64,000 nucleotides of DNA from Acidimicrobiia bacterium. GTDB taxonomy: Bacteria > Actinomycetota > Acidimicrobiia > IMCC26256 > BP-133. Made by a program: the position numbers and the translations under genes. Shown here in pieces: positions 28,899 to 39,195 of this stretch. Numbering within the stretch: the stretch's first letter is position 1; each line of letters begins with the position of its first letter. Below the pieces are notes generated by a model. That model was not told the DNA's origin, did not search any database, and saw only the letters and a program-made list of their open reading frames with translations. The stretch is from assembly GCA_044867425.1 (NCBI GenBank), contig JBIOUX010000035.1:11477-75476 (forward strand). The letters run 5' to 3'.

Positions 28899-29957
28899 AT
28901 GCGGGAACGGACGGGCGAACGCGCAATCCGGGTGCTCGTCGGCGCGCTGTGCCTCCTGGCGGCCACGCTGGTGCCGCCGGCGGTGGGAGCGTCCACTGAG
29001 GCGAGGTCTGAGACCTGTCCGGGGCTGGAGGCCATCGTCCTGCCGTCCGGTGCGGTCACCTGCACCCATGGTCCGGACCCTCTGGATGGGCTGGTCGGGC
29101 ACCAACCCCACGGGGCCGGCGACGCCGAGCACTCCGACGGCGACCTCCTCCCGACCGACCCCGACGGGAACGGGGCCCATGCGGCGGTCCCGGAAGGCAT
29201 CCGCTGCTTCGGCGACGGCCGGGACGGCAACCGGGTGCAGGCCCTCTACGCCGTCCCCTCCGACCGTCCGGACCGGTACGAGGACGTGGCCCCCCAGATC
29301 CGGCGCTGGGCGGCCCAGACCGATTCGGTCTTCGCCTCCTCTGCCGCCCTCTACGGCGAGACCCGTCACATCCGCTTCGTGACCGACGACCGCTGCCGGC
29401 TGGCGGTCGAGCGGGTCGTGCTCTCCCCCGCCGCCGACGACAACTTCCGGGCCACCGTGCTGGAGCTGGCCGCCCAGGGCTACCACCGCCCCGACCGCCG
29501 GTACCTGGTGTGGATGGACTCCGACGTCCTGTGCGGCATCGGCCAGCTCCACCGCGACGAGCGCAGCACCGGGAACCTCAACGACGGCACCGGCGCCGGC
29601 CTGGTGGCCCGGGTCGACACCCGCTGCTGGGGCCTCCTCGAGCTGATGGGGACCTCGGTGGAGGCCCACGAGCTGGTCCACACCCTGGGCGGTGTGAACC
29701 TGGGCGCCCCGCATGCCACCCCCCTGGGGCACTGCACCGACGACGGCGACATCATGTGCTACCAGGACGCCCCCATCACCAAGCTGGCCGACGTGTGCCC
29801 CCCGGAAGACGACGCCCTCCTCGACTGCAACGGCGACGACTACTTCAACCCCACGCCCGTCGCCGGCAGCTACCTGGCCACCCACTGGAACGTGGCCAAC
29901 AGCTCGTTCCTCTCTTCCGCCGAGGGCAGGCCGGGGCGACCCGTCAGCGCCGGCTGA
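28899..29957 (+). CDS. Secreted Cys-rich HExxH zinc-metallopeptidase-like protein
   Basis: Signal peptide; AHELVHTLG; DIMCY; LLDCNGDDYFN. Confidence 0.72.
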   Translation: MRERTGERAIRVLVGALCLLAATLVPPAVGASTEARSETCPGLEAIVLPSGAVTCTHGPDPLDGLVGHQPHGAGDAEHSDGDLLPTDPDGNGAHAAVPEGIRCFGDGRDGNRVQALYAVPSDRPDRYEDVAPQIRRWAAQTDSVFASSAALYGETRHIRFVTDDRCRLAVERVVLSPAADDNFRATVLELAAQGYHRPDRRYLVWMDSDVLCGIGQLHRDERSTGNLNDGTGAGLVARVDTRCWGLLELMGTSVEAHELVHTLGGVNLGAPHATPLGHCTDDGDIMCYQDAPITKLADVCPPEDDALLDCNGDDYFNPTPVAGSYLATHWNVANSSFLSSAEGRPGRPVSAG

Positions 29958-32094
29958 CGATCCCGAGGATCGGCCCGCGCAGCTGCCTCGTACCGAAGAC
30001 CGAGCCGAGATCCGGAGCGTCCCCGAACGCCTGGACGTAACCGCCGGCATCGGTGGTCCAGTAGCCCCGGCCCGTCGGGCTCGAGGCGATGCCGGTGACC
30101 GTGCCTCCCCGGGGTCTCGGTGAGCCGAGGTTGGGGGCGTCGCCGAAGGCGGTCACGTTGCCGTCCCCGTCGACGAGCCAGTAGCCCCGCCCCGTCGGTG
30201 TCGCCGCGAAGCCGTAGATGGGCGCCTGAGGTGGAGCGGGAAGCGAGCCGAGTTCGGGTGCGTCGCCGAAGCCGTAGACCCGGCCGGCCTGGTTGGCCAG
30301 CCAGTATCCCCGGTTCGTCGGGGTCACCGCTAAGCCCACGGTGGCCGACCCACCCGACCGGTTCCCAGTGGTCAACCCGATGTCGGGCGCGTCCCCGAAG
30401 GGGAACACGCGCCCGGCGAAGTGCAGGAGGGCGTAACCATTGCCGCTGGGCGTCCCTGTCATGGCCGTGATCCCGTCCCCGTTCTTGAGGTCCTCGGGAA
30501 GGTTCTCGTCGTCCTCGGGCAGCGAACCGAGGTCGGGGACACCGACGGGGAAGACCTTGCCGCTCTCCCCCGCCAGCCAGTACCCCGAGCCATCGCCGGC
30601 GGGAGCCAACCCGACGATCTGCTGGTCGATCGGCGTGTCGGCCAACGACCCCTTGAAGGGGGCGTCGCCAAAGGCGAAGACGCCGCCGTCGGCACCGTAG
30701 AGCCAGAAGCCCCGGGCCTTGGGGTCATCGTCCAGGATGGCCACCCTGGCTTCGGCGGTCCGCAACACGCCGCCCATGGGGTTGAACAGCCGAAGCACCA
30801 GGCTCTCGTCCGGCTCGTCAGCGGCATCACCACTGATGGGGATGTCGACGGTCGCCGTCGTCTGACCCGGGGGGAAGGCGAGGATGCCCTCGGTGGCCAC
30901 GAAATCGGCGCCGTCCTGGGCCGAGTCGCTGGCCGTCGTGTACCGGACGGAGACCCCCTCGGGGGCGGCGGCGCTGAGCGAGACCACCACCCGCGCCGGG
31001 TTGGTCCCCTCGTCGCCCTCAATGAAGGCGGTCCCCACCGTGTCGATCGCGGGGATTCCGTCGTCGTGGGCCAGGAAGGAGCTGTGGGCCGTGTTCCAGT
31101 GGCTGGCCAGGTAGGTGTCCGGCTGGGGCGACGGGTTGAAGTAGTCGTCGTCTCCGCAGTCCAGCAGGGCCTCGTTGTTGATGCCGCACACCTCGCGCAT
31201 CTGCACGAGGTCGGCGTCCTTGTAGCACATGAGGTCGGCGTCATCGGTGCAGTGGCCGTTGGTGGATGCATTGGGAGCGGAGGCCTGGACCCCGCCCAGC
31301 GTGTGCACAAGCTCATGGGCTTCGGCGGAGTGGCCCGGGCGGCCCCAGCACTTGGCATCCACCCGCGCCACCTGACCGGGGACTCGGCCCCCGTTGTTGG
31401 AGTTGCCCGAGCTGGCACGGTCGTCGCCGTACTTCTCACCCAGTCCGCAGGTGATGTTCGAGTCCATCCACACGAGGTACTTCCGGTCCGGGCGCTTGAA
31501 GCCCCGGACGCCCAGCTCGGTCACCGTGTTCTGGAACGTGTCGTCGGCCACGGGCGACATCACCAGGTTGGCGACCACGAGATCGCAGACCTTGTCGGTC
31601 ACATACCGCACGTGGCGGATGACGCCGAACCGGGCGGCCGATTCGCTGACGACGGTTTCCACCTCGGCGGCCCACCGGCGGATGGAGGGCAGCACCTGGG
31701 CGTAGCGGTCGGGGTGGTCCGAGGGACGGGCGTAGATCAACTCCACCCGGTTGCCGTCGGTGCCGTCCCCGAAACAGCGGACCCCGCGGGTGACCGGGGC
31801 CGGCACCTCGGTGAAAGCCTCTGGCCGCTCGGAGATGGTGTCGCCCACCGGCTGTTGCAGCCCGCGGGCCAGTGCCAGCCGAGCCGGCAGCGGCGGTTCG
31901 GGGAGCGCCGGGTCGGAGCCATGGCTACAGGACACATAGCCCCCGGGGCGAATGATCTGCTGCTCACCGGGGCACAGATCGGCGGTCTTCCGGCCGGAGC
32001 CGTCCGCCGGCACGGGCTGAGCGATCCAGGCTCCGGGAAGGACGATGACCCCCAGAAGCCACACCAGCCACGGACGCGAGACATGGAGCGACAT
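29944..32094 (-). CDS. Secreted HExxH metallopeptidase-like protein with Calx-beta domain and GYWL surface repeats
   Basis: AHELVHTLG; Calx-beta (ADFVATEGILAFPPGQT...DEPDE); C-terminal GYWL..G.VF.FGDA repeats. Confidence 0.75.
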   Translation of the reverse strand: MSLHVSRPWLVWLLGVIVLPGAWIAQPVPADGSGRKTADLCPGEQQIIRPGGYVSCSHGSDPALPEPPLPARLALARGLQQPVGDTISERPEAFTEVPAPVTRGVRCFGDGTDGNRVELIYARPSDHPDRYAQVLPSIRRWAAEVETVVSESAARFGVIRHVRYVTDKVCDLVVANLVMSPVADDTFQNTVTELGVRGFKRPDRKYLVWMDSNITCGLGEKYGDDRASSGNSNNGGRVPGQVARVDAKCWGRPGHSAEAHELVHTLGGVQASAPNASTNGHCTDDADLMCYKDADLVQMREVCGINNEALLDCGDDDYFNPSPQPDTYLASHWNTAHSSFLAHDDGIPAIDTVGTAFIEGDEGTNPARVVVSLSAAAPEGVSVRYTTASDSAQDGADFVATEGILAFPPGQTTATVDIPISGDAADEPDESLVLRLFNPMGGVLRTAEARVAILDDDPKARGFWLYGADGGVFAFGDAPFKGSLADTPIDQQIVGLAPAGDGSGYWLAGESGKVFPVGVPDLGSLPEDDENLPEDLKNGDGITAMTGTPSGNGYALLHFAGRVFPFGDAPDIGLTTGNRSGGSATVGLAVTPTNRGYWLANQAGRVYGFGDAPELGSLPAPPQAPIYGFAATPTGRGYWLVDGDGNVTAFGDAPNLGSPRPRGGTVTGIASSPTGRGYWTTDAGGYVQAFGDAPDLGSVFGTRQLRGPILGIVSRR

Positions 32095-32226
32095 GTCCTC
32101 CCCCTCTCGCCGTCTGTGGCCCGAGTCTACGATGACGACGGTCGTCCTCGCCGGGGAATAAGCCGAACTCGACGGCACGCCGGCGGTCGCTACCCTGGAG
32201 GTGACGCCTCGGAGGAGGTTCGGAGC

Positions 32227-33657
32227 ATGCACCCCAACTCTTTCCTCGCATTCACGATTCTCGCCGCCCCCGGCGGGGGCACCGGCGGCTTCGGCGGCGG
32301 CGGTGGAGGAGGCGGCGGCTTCGGGGGTGGCGGCGGCGGCGGATACGGCGGGGGCGGCGGCGGCTACGGCGGGGGCGGCTACGGGGGTGGCGGCTACGTC
32401 GGCGGCGTCGAGGTGTGGCTGCTCCTGGTGGCCATCGTGGCCTTCATCCTGATCTCGATGGTGGCCAGCTACATCCGCAACAGCCGGCTCTTCGCCAGCG
32501 AAGGGGTGGCGGCGCCCACCGGTTGGGGGCGCGTCCGCCCCATCTCCCGGCAGCGCCTGCGGGAGCGGGCCCGGGAGGTGGAACTGGCGGCCGAGGAAGC
32601 CCTCACCGACGACCCCGCCTTCGCTCCCGAAGCGGTCAAGGCGGGAGCCGCCCAGCTCCACCACGACATCGTGACCGCTTGGAACGCCGGCGACCGGGAC
32701 GCCCTCGGCCGGCTCATCGGCCCCGACCTGCTGGTGGAGTGGTCCCGCCGGCTGGACGACTTCGACCGCATGGGCTGGCACAACACCACCGAGGCCCTGG
32801 GCGAGCCCCACATCGACTACGTGGGCCTGGTGAACCGGACCGAGGACGTCGAGGACCGCGTCACCGTCCGCATCGAGGTGCCGCTGCGGGACATCGTGCT
32901 CGACCGCCAGGGCCAGATGGTGACCCGCAACGACGACGCCAACGCCGACGGGCGGGTCACGCTGGCGGAGTTCTGGACGCTGGGCAAGCGCGACGGGCGC
33001 TGGACCCTGGTGTCGATCGAGCAGGACGCCGAGGGCGCCTACCACCTCGACGACACCATCGTCGCCTCTCCCTGGGGTGACGACCGGCTCCGGGACGAGG
33101 CGGTGACCGAGCAGGCGGTGGCGTCGGCGGTGGCGGACGTCCAGATCCGCGAGATCGCCGATGTCGACTTCGAGGGCAGCGCCCGCACCGCCGCCCTGGA
33201 CATGGCCAACATCGACGGCCGCTTCGCCCCCGACGTCCTGGAGGCGGCCGCCCGCCGAGCGCTGGCCTCATGGGCCGAGGCCGTCGACGGCGACGACACC
33301 GCCCTCGACACCATCGCCACCCCGGAGGCCGTGCAGGCCATGCTCTATCCCAACGATCCCTCGCGCCGGAACCGCCTCGTGGTGCGGGGCCCCAAGCTGC
33401 GCCGCCTGCGCATCGTCGAGGTCGACGCCGGCGCCGACCCGCCGGCCATGGTCGTGGAAGCCGAGGTGGCCGGCCGCCGCTACATCGAGGACCGGAACAC
33501 CGCCACGGTGGTGTGGGGACGCAACGACACCGAAGCGGTCTTCTTCGAGAGCTGGCGGATGGTGCTCTCGGGACACGACGACACGCCCTGGCGCATCGCC
33601 GACCCCGACGCCCGGATCACGGCACGGGAGCGCCCCAGATCGGGAACCAGCGGCTGA
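32227..33657 (+). CDS. TIM44-like domain membrane protein with Gly-rich N-terminus
   Basis: GGGGYG repeats, TM, DPAFAPEAVK...AWNAGD...EFWTL..R.DGRWTLVSIEQ; second similar domain. Confidence 0.72.
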   Translation: MHPNSFLAFTILAAPGGGTGGFGGGGGGGGGFGGGGGGGYGGGGGGYGGGGYGGGGYVGGVEVWLLLVAIVAFILISMVASYIRNSRLFASEGVAAPTGWGRVRPISRQRLRERAREVELAAEEALTDDPAFAPEAVKAGAAQLHHDIVTAWNAGDRDALGRLIGPDLLVEWSRRLDDFDRMGWHNTTEALGEPHIDYVGLVNRTEDVEDRVTVRIEVPLRDIVLDRQGQMVTRNDDANADGRVTLAEFWTLGKRDGRWTLVSIEQDAEGAYHLDDTIVASPWGDDRLRDEAVTEQAVASAVADVQIREIADVDFEGSARTAALDMANIDGRFAPDVLEAAARRALASWAEAVDGDDTALDTIATPEAVQAMLYPNDPSRRNRLVVRGPKLRRLRIVEVDAGADPPAMVVEAEVAGRRYIEDRNTATVVWGRNDTEAVFFESWRMVLSGHDDTPWRIADPDARITARERPRSGTSG

Positions 33658-34189
33658 GCTCGGGCTCCACCGCCAGCTCCCCTTCCAGGACGGCGCGCAT
33701 CTGCAGCTCGAGCTGGTTGTCGCGCTTCTCGGCGCCGGCGGGAGCGAAGGGGTAGAAGGTTCCCCGCTTGTAGAGGTAGACGAGGTGGGCGAGCTTGCCG
33801 CCCTCGTCGCGGAACGGGAACACACTGGCCAGGAGCTGCGGGCCGAAGCCACGGTCGGTCAAGGTGGCGTTCACCATGTGGACGGCGGTGACCAGGTCCT
33901 CGACCTCGGCGTCGTGCAGCACCACCCAGTGGTAGCCGTAGCTGTCGCCCGTCTGGGTGATCTCGGCGCCGGAGTCCCGGGCCGACAAGGCCAGCAGATC
34001 GGCGATCTCCGCCCGGGCGGATTCGAAGTCGCCGCCGGTGGCGGGCCGGAAGCAGACCGCCGCCGCCCCCGCCGGCCGCAGGTTGAGCGACGCCTCCAGG
34101 GCGATGGCCGCCCCGGGCACGGCGAAGAGGGCGTCGAGGTTGGCCGCCTTGGGCTTGGACCGGCCGAGCAGGGAATCGAGGAACTTCAC
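33617..34189 (-). CDS. pspAB: PspA-associated protein PspAB
   Basis: NLDALFA, DSYGYHW, LVYLYKRGTFYPFAP, ELSRWFPIWG. Confidence 0.8.
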   Translation of the reverse strand: MKFLDSLLGRSKPKAANLDALFAVPGAAIALEASLNLRPAGAAAVCFRPATGGDFESARAEIADLLALSARDSGAEITQTGDSYGYHWVVLHDAEVEDLVTAVHMVNATLTDRGFGPQLLASVFPFRDEGGKLAHLVYLYKRGTFYPFAPAGAEKRDNQLELQMRAVLEGELAVEPELSRWFPIWGAPVP

Positions 34190-35100
34190 GCCGGGCGGCC
34201 CATGGCCCGTTCCAGCTCGGAGAGCTGGGCCAGGCGGCGTTCCAGGGATGGGTGGGTGGCGAACAAGGACGACAGCGAGAACCCCGGGGCCAGGGCGGGA
34301 GCGAAGAAGAAGGCGTTCAAGGGTTCGGCCGCCCGCAGGTCCCGGGTCGGGATCGACCCCATCTCGCCTGTCACCTTGACCAGGGCCGAGGCCAGGGTGG
34401 CGGGCGCACCCGTGACCACCGCCGCCCCCCGGTCGGCGGACAGCTCCCGGTAGCGGGACAGCATCCGGGTGAGGAAGAAGGCCACCACGTAGGTGCAGGC
34501 CGACACCAGGAGGACGAGGACGAACGACAGGCCGCCGCGGCTGTCGTCGTCATCGTCCCCCGAGTTCAGGATGCCCAGCTCGAGGGCGAAGCGGGACATC
34601 AGCCCGGCGAGCATCCCCGCCGCCGAGGCGATGGTCATGACGGCGACGTCCCGGTGGGCGACATGGGACAGCTCATGGGCCAGGACGGCCTCCAGCTCGG
34701 GCGGGTCCAGGCGCCGCATCAGCCCGGTGGTGGCGCAGATCACGGCCGCCTTCGGGCTGCGGCCGGTGGCGAAGGCGTTGGGCAGGTCCGACTCGGCGAT
34801 GGCCACCTTCGGTTTGGGCAGGTCGGCCAGGGCGCACAGCCGGTCCACGATGCCGTGGAGCTCGGAAGCCTCGTCGGGTTCCACGACCCGCGCCCCCATG
34901 GAGAACAGGGCCAGGCGGTCGGAGCACCAGTACTGGAAGAACAACATCCCGGCGGCCACGAGGACCACGAGGATGGCCGGAGCGCCGGTCGAGATCAGAA
35001 AGGCGACCAGGGCGACGTAGATGACGCCCAGGAGGAACATGACCGTCACCATGCGGACGCCCAGACCGGTGTCCCGGGGATACCTCCGGGACACCGTCAC
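34186..35100 (-). CDS. htpX: Zinc metalloprotease HtpX
   Basis: PNAFATGR, AHELSHV, SRYRELSADRGAA, FATHP. Confidence 0.9.
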   Translation of the reverse strand: MTVSRRYPRDTGLGVRMVTVMFLLGVIYVALVAFLISTGAPAILVVLVAAGMLFFQYWCSDRLALFSMGARVVEPDEASELHGIVDRLCALADLPKPKVAIAESDLPNAFATGRSPKAAVICATTGLMRRLDPPELEAVLAHELSHVAHRDVAVMTIASAAGMLAGLMSRFALELGILNSGDDDDDSRGGLSFVLVLLVSACTYVVAFFLTRMLSRYRELSADRGAAVVTGAPATLASALVKVTGEMGSIPTRDLRAAEPLNAFFFAPALAPGFSLSSLFATHPSLERRLAQLSELERAMGRPA

Positions 35101-35104
35101 CGGA

Positions 35105-35389
35105 TCACCCGGGGAGGAACCCCTCGTCGTCTCCCTCGAGGAGCTGGCGCACCTCCCCGAGGGTCGAGTCAGGGCCGGGGAGGAACAGCTCGGAGGGCCC
35201 GAGGTGGTCGTCGGCGACGGGGGTTCCCAGCTCCCGCACCCGGGCCAGCAGGGCATCCAGGGAGGCCCGGAAGCTGGCCTCGTCGCCCGAGTCGACCGCC
35301 ACCACCAGCTTCTCGTCGAGCTCGTTCAGCTCGTCGAGGGCGCCGTCGGGCACCTCCAGCTGGCCCTCCTCCAGGATGCGCAGGATCAC
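35105..35389 (-). CDS. pspAA: PspA-associated protein PspAA
   Basis: MILRILEEGQ..LNELD..PSELFLP..EGFLPG. Confidence 0.8.
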   Translation of the reverse strand: MILRILEEGQLEVPDGALDELNELDEKLVVAVDSGDEASFRASLDALLARVRELGTPVADDHLGPSELFLPGPDSTLGEVRQLLEGDDEGFLPG

Positions 35390-36129
35390 CGCTCCTCCTT
35401 CCCGCCTTCGATGGCCTTGGGCGGGGCACCCTGCCCCAGCTCCGCCTTCAAACGTGCCAGGTCGGAGTCAACCGCCGCTCCCGCCGACAGCTTGGTCAGC
35501 TCGGCTTGGATATCTCCGCCCGGTTCGGCGGTCACGTCCTCGAGGGCGCCGGAGGCGATGAGCTCGTCGACGGCACCGGCCCGGGCCTGGAGCTGAGCCG
35601 TCTTGTCCTCGGCCCGCTGGATGGCCAGCCCCACGTCGCCCATCTCCTCGGAGATGCCCGAGACCGCCTCGCCGATCTTGGAGGTGGCCTCGGCGGCCGT
35701 GTAGGTCGCCTTGATGGTCTCCTTCTTGGTGCGGAACGCCTCCACCTTGCCCTGGAGCCGCTGGAGGGCGGTGGTGAGCTTGGCCTCCTCGGCGGCCAGC
35801 TGGTCATGCTGGACCTTGAGCCCCTCGATCTGGGTGCCGATCCCCGCCTTGCGGGACAGGGCCTCCGTGGCCAGGTCCTCCTTGCCGGCGGCGAGCGCCT
35901 GTCTGGCCTGGCCCTCGAGCTTGGCCGCCGCGCTCTGCAGCTGGGTGGCCTGCAGCTCGATGCGCTTGCGGGAGGTGGCCACGTCGGCCAGGCCCCGGCG
36001 CACCTGCTGGACCATCTCCAGCTGGCGCTCGTAGCTGTAGTCCAGCGTCTCTCTCGGGTCCTCGGCCTTGTCGAGGATCTTGGACGTCTTGGCTTTCATG
36101 ATGTCGGAGAACCGCTTCATCAGTCCCAT
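35386..36129 (-). CDS. pspA: Phage shock protein A (PspA/IM30)
   Basis: AEDPRETLDYSYE, EDLATEAL, ARAGAVDEL coiled coil. Confidence 0.92.
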   Translation of the reverse strand: MGLMKRFSDIMKAKTSKILDKAEDPRETLDYSYERQLEMVQQVRRGLADVATSRKRIELQATQLQSAAAKLEGQARQALAAGKEDLATEALSRKAGIGTQIEGLKVQHDQLAAEEAKLTTALQRLQGKVEAFRTKKETIKATYTAAEATSKIGEAVSGISEEMGDVGLAIQRAEDKTAQLQARAGAVDELIASGALEDVTAEPGGDIQAELTKLSAGAAVDSDLARLKAELGQGAPPKAIEGGKEER

Positions 36130-36182
36130 GGTCCCTGACCTTAGATCGCTCGGGGGCGTGGTGGTGCCCGGGGTGGTTCCGC

Positions 36183-37334
36183 CTACCAGCTGCCGCTCGC
36201 TCCCCGACCCGAGGAGCGTCCGCCTCCCGACGGCCCGGACCGGTCCCGGCCGGAGCGGGAGGAGGAGCGGGAGCCTGAGGACGGGCGTCGCTTCTTCGGG
36301 GTCGACACCTCGCGTTCGTCGTGGTACTCGCAGTGCTCGCAGTCCTCGATGACCCGGTCGACGCCGCCGTGGTCATAGGTGGCGGCGGTGACCGTCTGTC
36401 GCGAAGTCCGCATCGTCTTGAAACTGCACTTCGGGCAGGCCTTGTAGCTGGAGAAGAGCTTGCCGTGACGCTCGATCCGGTGGGCCCCGCACGAGGTGCA
36501 CTCGTAGACGTCGTACTCCACCGAGTCCAGCTCCTCTTCGAGGTTCTGCCCTTCGCCGAGGAGCGGCCGCTCCGCCTCCCGGCCCTTGATGCGCTTCATC
36601 TCCCGGTTGCACTCGGCGCACCGGCGGGGCTTGATCCGCTGCCAGGTCACGAACCCACCGGCGCCGAAGAGGGCGGCCCCGCCCCCGCCGAGGGCGTACC
36701 AGACGGCGCTGGGGATCCCCCCGCCGGTCTCCTCGCCGGCAGGCCCGTCTGCGCCCCCCAGGACGCCTACGAGCCGCTCGGCGAGGCCACCGCCGGAGGG
36801 ACTGAGGGCGGCGTCTCCGCCGCCGGCCGAGCCATCTCCCAGCGCCCGGAAGCGGGCGGTGATCTCGCGTGCGCCGGTCAGGATGCCGTCGCCGTAACGG
36901 CTCTCCCGGAAGGAGGACAGCATGGCGTCGATGACCTGCTGGGCTTCGTCGACGTAGCTGTCGGCGAACCCGTCGCCGATGACCACCCGGGCTTGGCGGT
37001 CGTCCACGGCCACCAGGAGGAGCACCCCGTCGTCGATGCCGGCGTCACCGATGCCGAAGTGGTTGAACAGGTCGGTGGCGAAGTCCTCGATCGTCGCTCC
37101 GGGGTCGTAGTCGTCCACCGAGGAGATGGCCACGGCCACCGCGTCGACGGCCGTCTCGGCCTCCAGGGCCTGGAACAGGCGGACGATCTCGGCCTCGGTC
37201 GGGTCGTCGATGACCCCGGCGATGTCGTAGACCCAGCTGTTGGTGTTCTCGGGGTACTCGGCGGCGCCGGCGGCGGGGGCGAGGACGAGGGTGAGGCCGG
37301 CGGCCACGAGCAGCGCTCGGACGGCGGACATCAT
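36183..37334 (-). CDS. TPM-domain membrane protein with C-terminal zinc ribbons
   Basis: VYDIAGVI, DDGVLLLVAVDDR; four CxxC pairs; GGRSSGRGASGSW tail. Confidence 0.82.
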   Translation of the reverse strand: MMSAVRALLVAAGLTLVLAPAAGAAEYPENTNSWVYDIAGVIDDPTEAEIVRLFQALEAETAVDAVAVAISSVDDYDPGATIEDFATDLFNHFGIGDAGIDDGVLLLVAVDDRQARVVIGDGFADSYVDEAQQVIDAMLSSFRESRYGDGILTGAREITARFRALGDGSAGGGDAALSPSGGGLAERLVGVLGGADGPAGEETGGGIPSAVWYALGGGGAALFGAGGFVTWQRIKPRRCAECNREMKRIKGREAERPLLGEGQNLEEELDSVEYDVYECTSCGAHRIERHGKLFSSYKACPKCSFKTMRTSRQTVTAATYDHGGVDRVIEDCEHCEYHDEREVSTPKKRRPSSGSRSSSRSGRDRSGPSGGGRSSGRGASGSW

Positions 37335-37435
37335 GGGCTCACCTCCGGCACGAAGGACCACAAGCTAGCGGCCGGGCGGCTGAATTTCCGGTGAAATTCC
37401 TTCGTTCCGTTCCCGGCAGAAAAACCCCGCGCCCG

Positions 37436-39181
37436 TCACAACGCCGCCGCCACCACCTCCCACGCCCGGCGGTGGCGCTCCACGTTGACGCTCCGGTCAC
37501 CGGTGGCCACCACGATCACGTGCACGCCGCCGGCCACCAGAGCCTTCTCCAGGGCGGGGATGACGTCGCCGGCGCGGTCCACGCGCTCGGCCGGAAGGCC
37601 ATAGGAACGGGCCACGCTCACCAGGTCGAGGCCGTGAGGGGTTCCGAAGAGGGCCTCGAAGTCGTCCGGGCCAACCGCCGGCGCCGACGCCTGGGGCAGG
37701 AAGGAGAAGATCCCGCCGCCGTCGTTGTCCACCACCACGAGGACGGCGTCGAGCCCGGCGCGGGCGGCGAAGGTGAGACCGGCGGCGTCATGGAGGAAGG
37801 CCAGGTCGCCCAGGAGCCCGACCACCGGGGCTCCGGCCCCGCGGGCGCCGGCGGCCACCCCCAGGACGGTGGAGGTGAACCCGTCGATGCCGTTGACGCC
37901 CCGATTGGCCAGCACCCGCAGGCCGGGCCGGGGCCGGGCAAAGGCCTCCAGGTCGCGGACGGGCATGCTGGAGGCCACCACCAGGGTGGCACCGGCGGGG
38001 AGGCCGTCACAGACGTCACGGGCCACGCGACCCTCGAAGGGTTCGCCGGAGGCGTCGAGAAAGGCGTCGAGCGCGCCGCGGGCGGCGGACTCGGCCTCCC
38101 GCCAACCGGCGAGCCAGGCCTGTGACCGCGGCGCCGGCGAGGACGTTTCGCCCAGTCGCTCGATCAGGCCGTCGAGCACCCGCGCCGGATCGGCGGCCAG
38201 GCGCCACGCCGCCGAACGGCCGGGGTCGAGCCAGGCGGCGTCGGGATCGACCAGGACCTGGGGGACGGCGGAGTCGAGCCAGGCGCCGGCGGCCTTGGAC
38301 GTCAGAGCGGCCCCGAGGCGCAGCACCAGGTCGGGCCGGTGGGTGCCGGCGAAGCCGGGGACCCGCAGCAACGCCTCGTAGGTCGAGATGGTGGTCGCAC
38401 CCGGCTGGCGCAGGCCGGACAGCGGGTCGGCCAGGACGGGCCAGCCGGCGGCGCCGGCAAAGCGATCGACCACGTCGAAGGCACAGCCCGCCCCCCATCC
38501 GGCCACCACCACGCCCCGCTCGGCCGCCTCGACGGCGCCCGCCAGCCGGTTCAGCTCGTCCTCTGCCAGCGTCAAGACGCCGGGGATGCTGGCCGTCCAC
38601 GGCCGGTCCCCGGTCCGGCCGGGAACCTCGGGGATCTCGTCCCCGCTCGGCACCAGCGGCTCCCGGAAGGCGAGGTTCAGGTGCACGGGGCCGGCCGGTG
38701 GGCCCGCCGCCTCGGAGAAGGCCCGGGCGGCCAGGGGCCGCCAGGCGCCAATGGCCGCCGGGTGATCCTCGGGGCAGAGATCTCCGAAGTAGCGGACAGC
38801 CGGGCCGTAGAGGTTGACCTGGTCGGTGGTCTGGGGGGCGCCGGTGTGGCGCAGCTCCGGCGGCCGGTCGGCCGTGCACACCAGGAGGGGCACCCGGGCG
38901 TGGTGGGCTTCCAGGACGGCGCCGTGAAGGTGGGCGGCGGCCGTCCCCGAGGTGCACAGCACCGCCGCCGGGCGGCCCGAGGCCTTGCCCACCCCGAGGG
39001 CGAAGAAGGCCGCCGAGCGCTCGTCGAGGAACACGTGGACCCGCACCCGCGGGTCGGCGGCCAGGGCCAGGGCCATGGGCGTGGACCGGGACCCGGGCGC
39101 CACCGCCGCCTCGGTCAGCCCGGCCCGGGCCCACTCGTCGACCAAGGCCCGGGCGAAGGCGGTGTTCACGTCGCGGCTCAT
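37436..39181 (-). CDS. menD: SEPHCHC synthase
   Basis: APGSRSTPMAL, DERSAAFFALG, CTSGTA, NRGVNGIDG, DNDGGGIF. Confidence 0.94.
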   Translation of the reverse strand: MSRDVNTAFARALVDEWARAGLTEAAVAPGSRSTPMALALAADPRVRVHVFLDERSAAFFALGVGKASGRPAAVLCTSGTAAAHLHGAVLEAHHARVPLLVCTADRPPELRHTGAPQTTDQVNLYGPAVRYFGDLCPEDHPAAIGAWRPLAARAFSEAAGPPAGPVHLNLAFREPLVPSGDEIPEVPGRTGDRPWTASIPGVLTLAEDELNRLAGAVEAAERGVVVAGWGAGCAFDVVDRFAGAAGWPVLADPLSGLRQPGATTISTYEALLRVPGFAGTHRPDLVLRLGAALTSKAAGAWLDSAVPQVLVDPDAAWLDPGRSAAWRLAADPARVLDGLIERLGETSSPAPRSQAWLAGWREAESAARGALDAFLDASGEPFEGRVARDVCDGLPAGATLVVASSMPVRDLEAFARPRPGLRVLANRGVNGIDGFTSTVLGVAAGARGAGAPVVGLLGDLAFLHDAAGLTFAARAGLDAVLVVVDNDGGGIFSFLPQASAPAVGPDDFEALFGTPHGLDLVSVARSYGLPAERVDRAGDVIPALEKALVAGGVHVIVVATGDRSVNVERHRRAWEVVAAAL

Positions 39182-39195
39182 GACAGGATCGCCGG

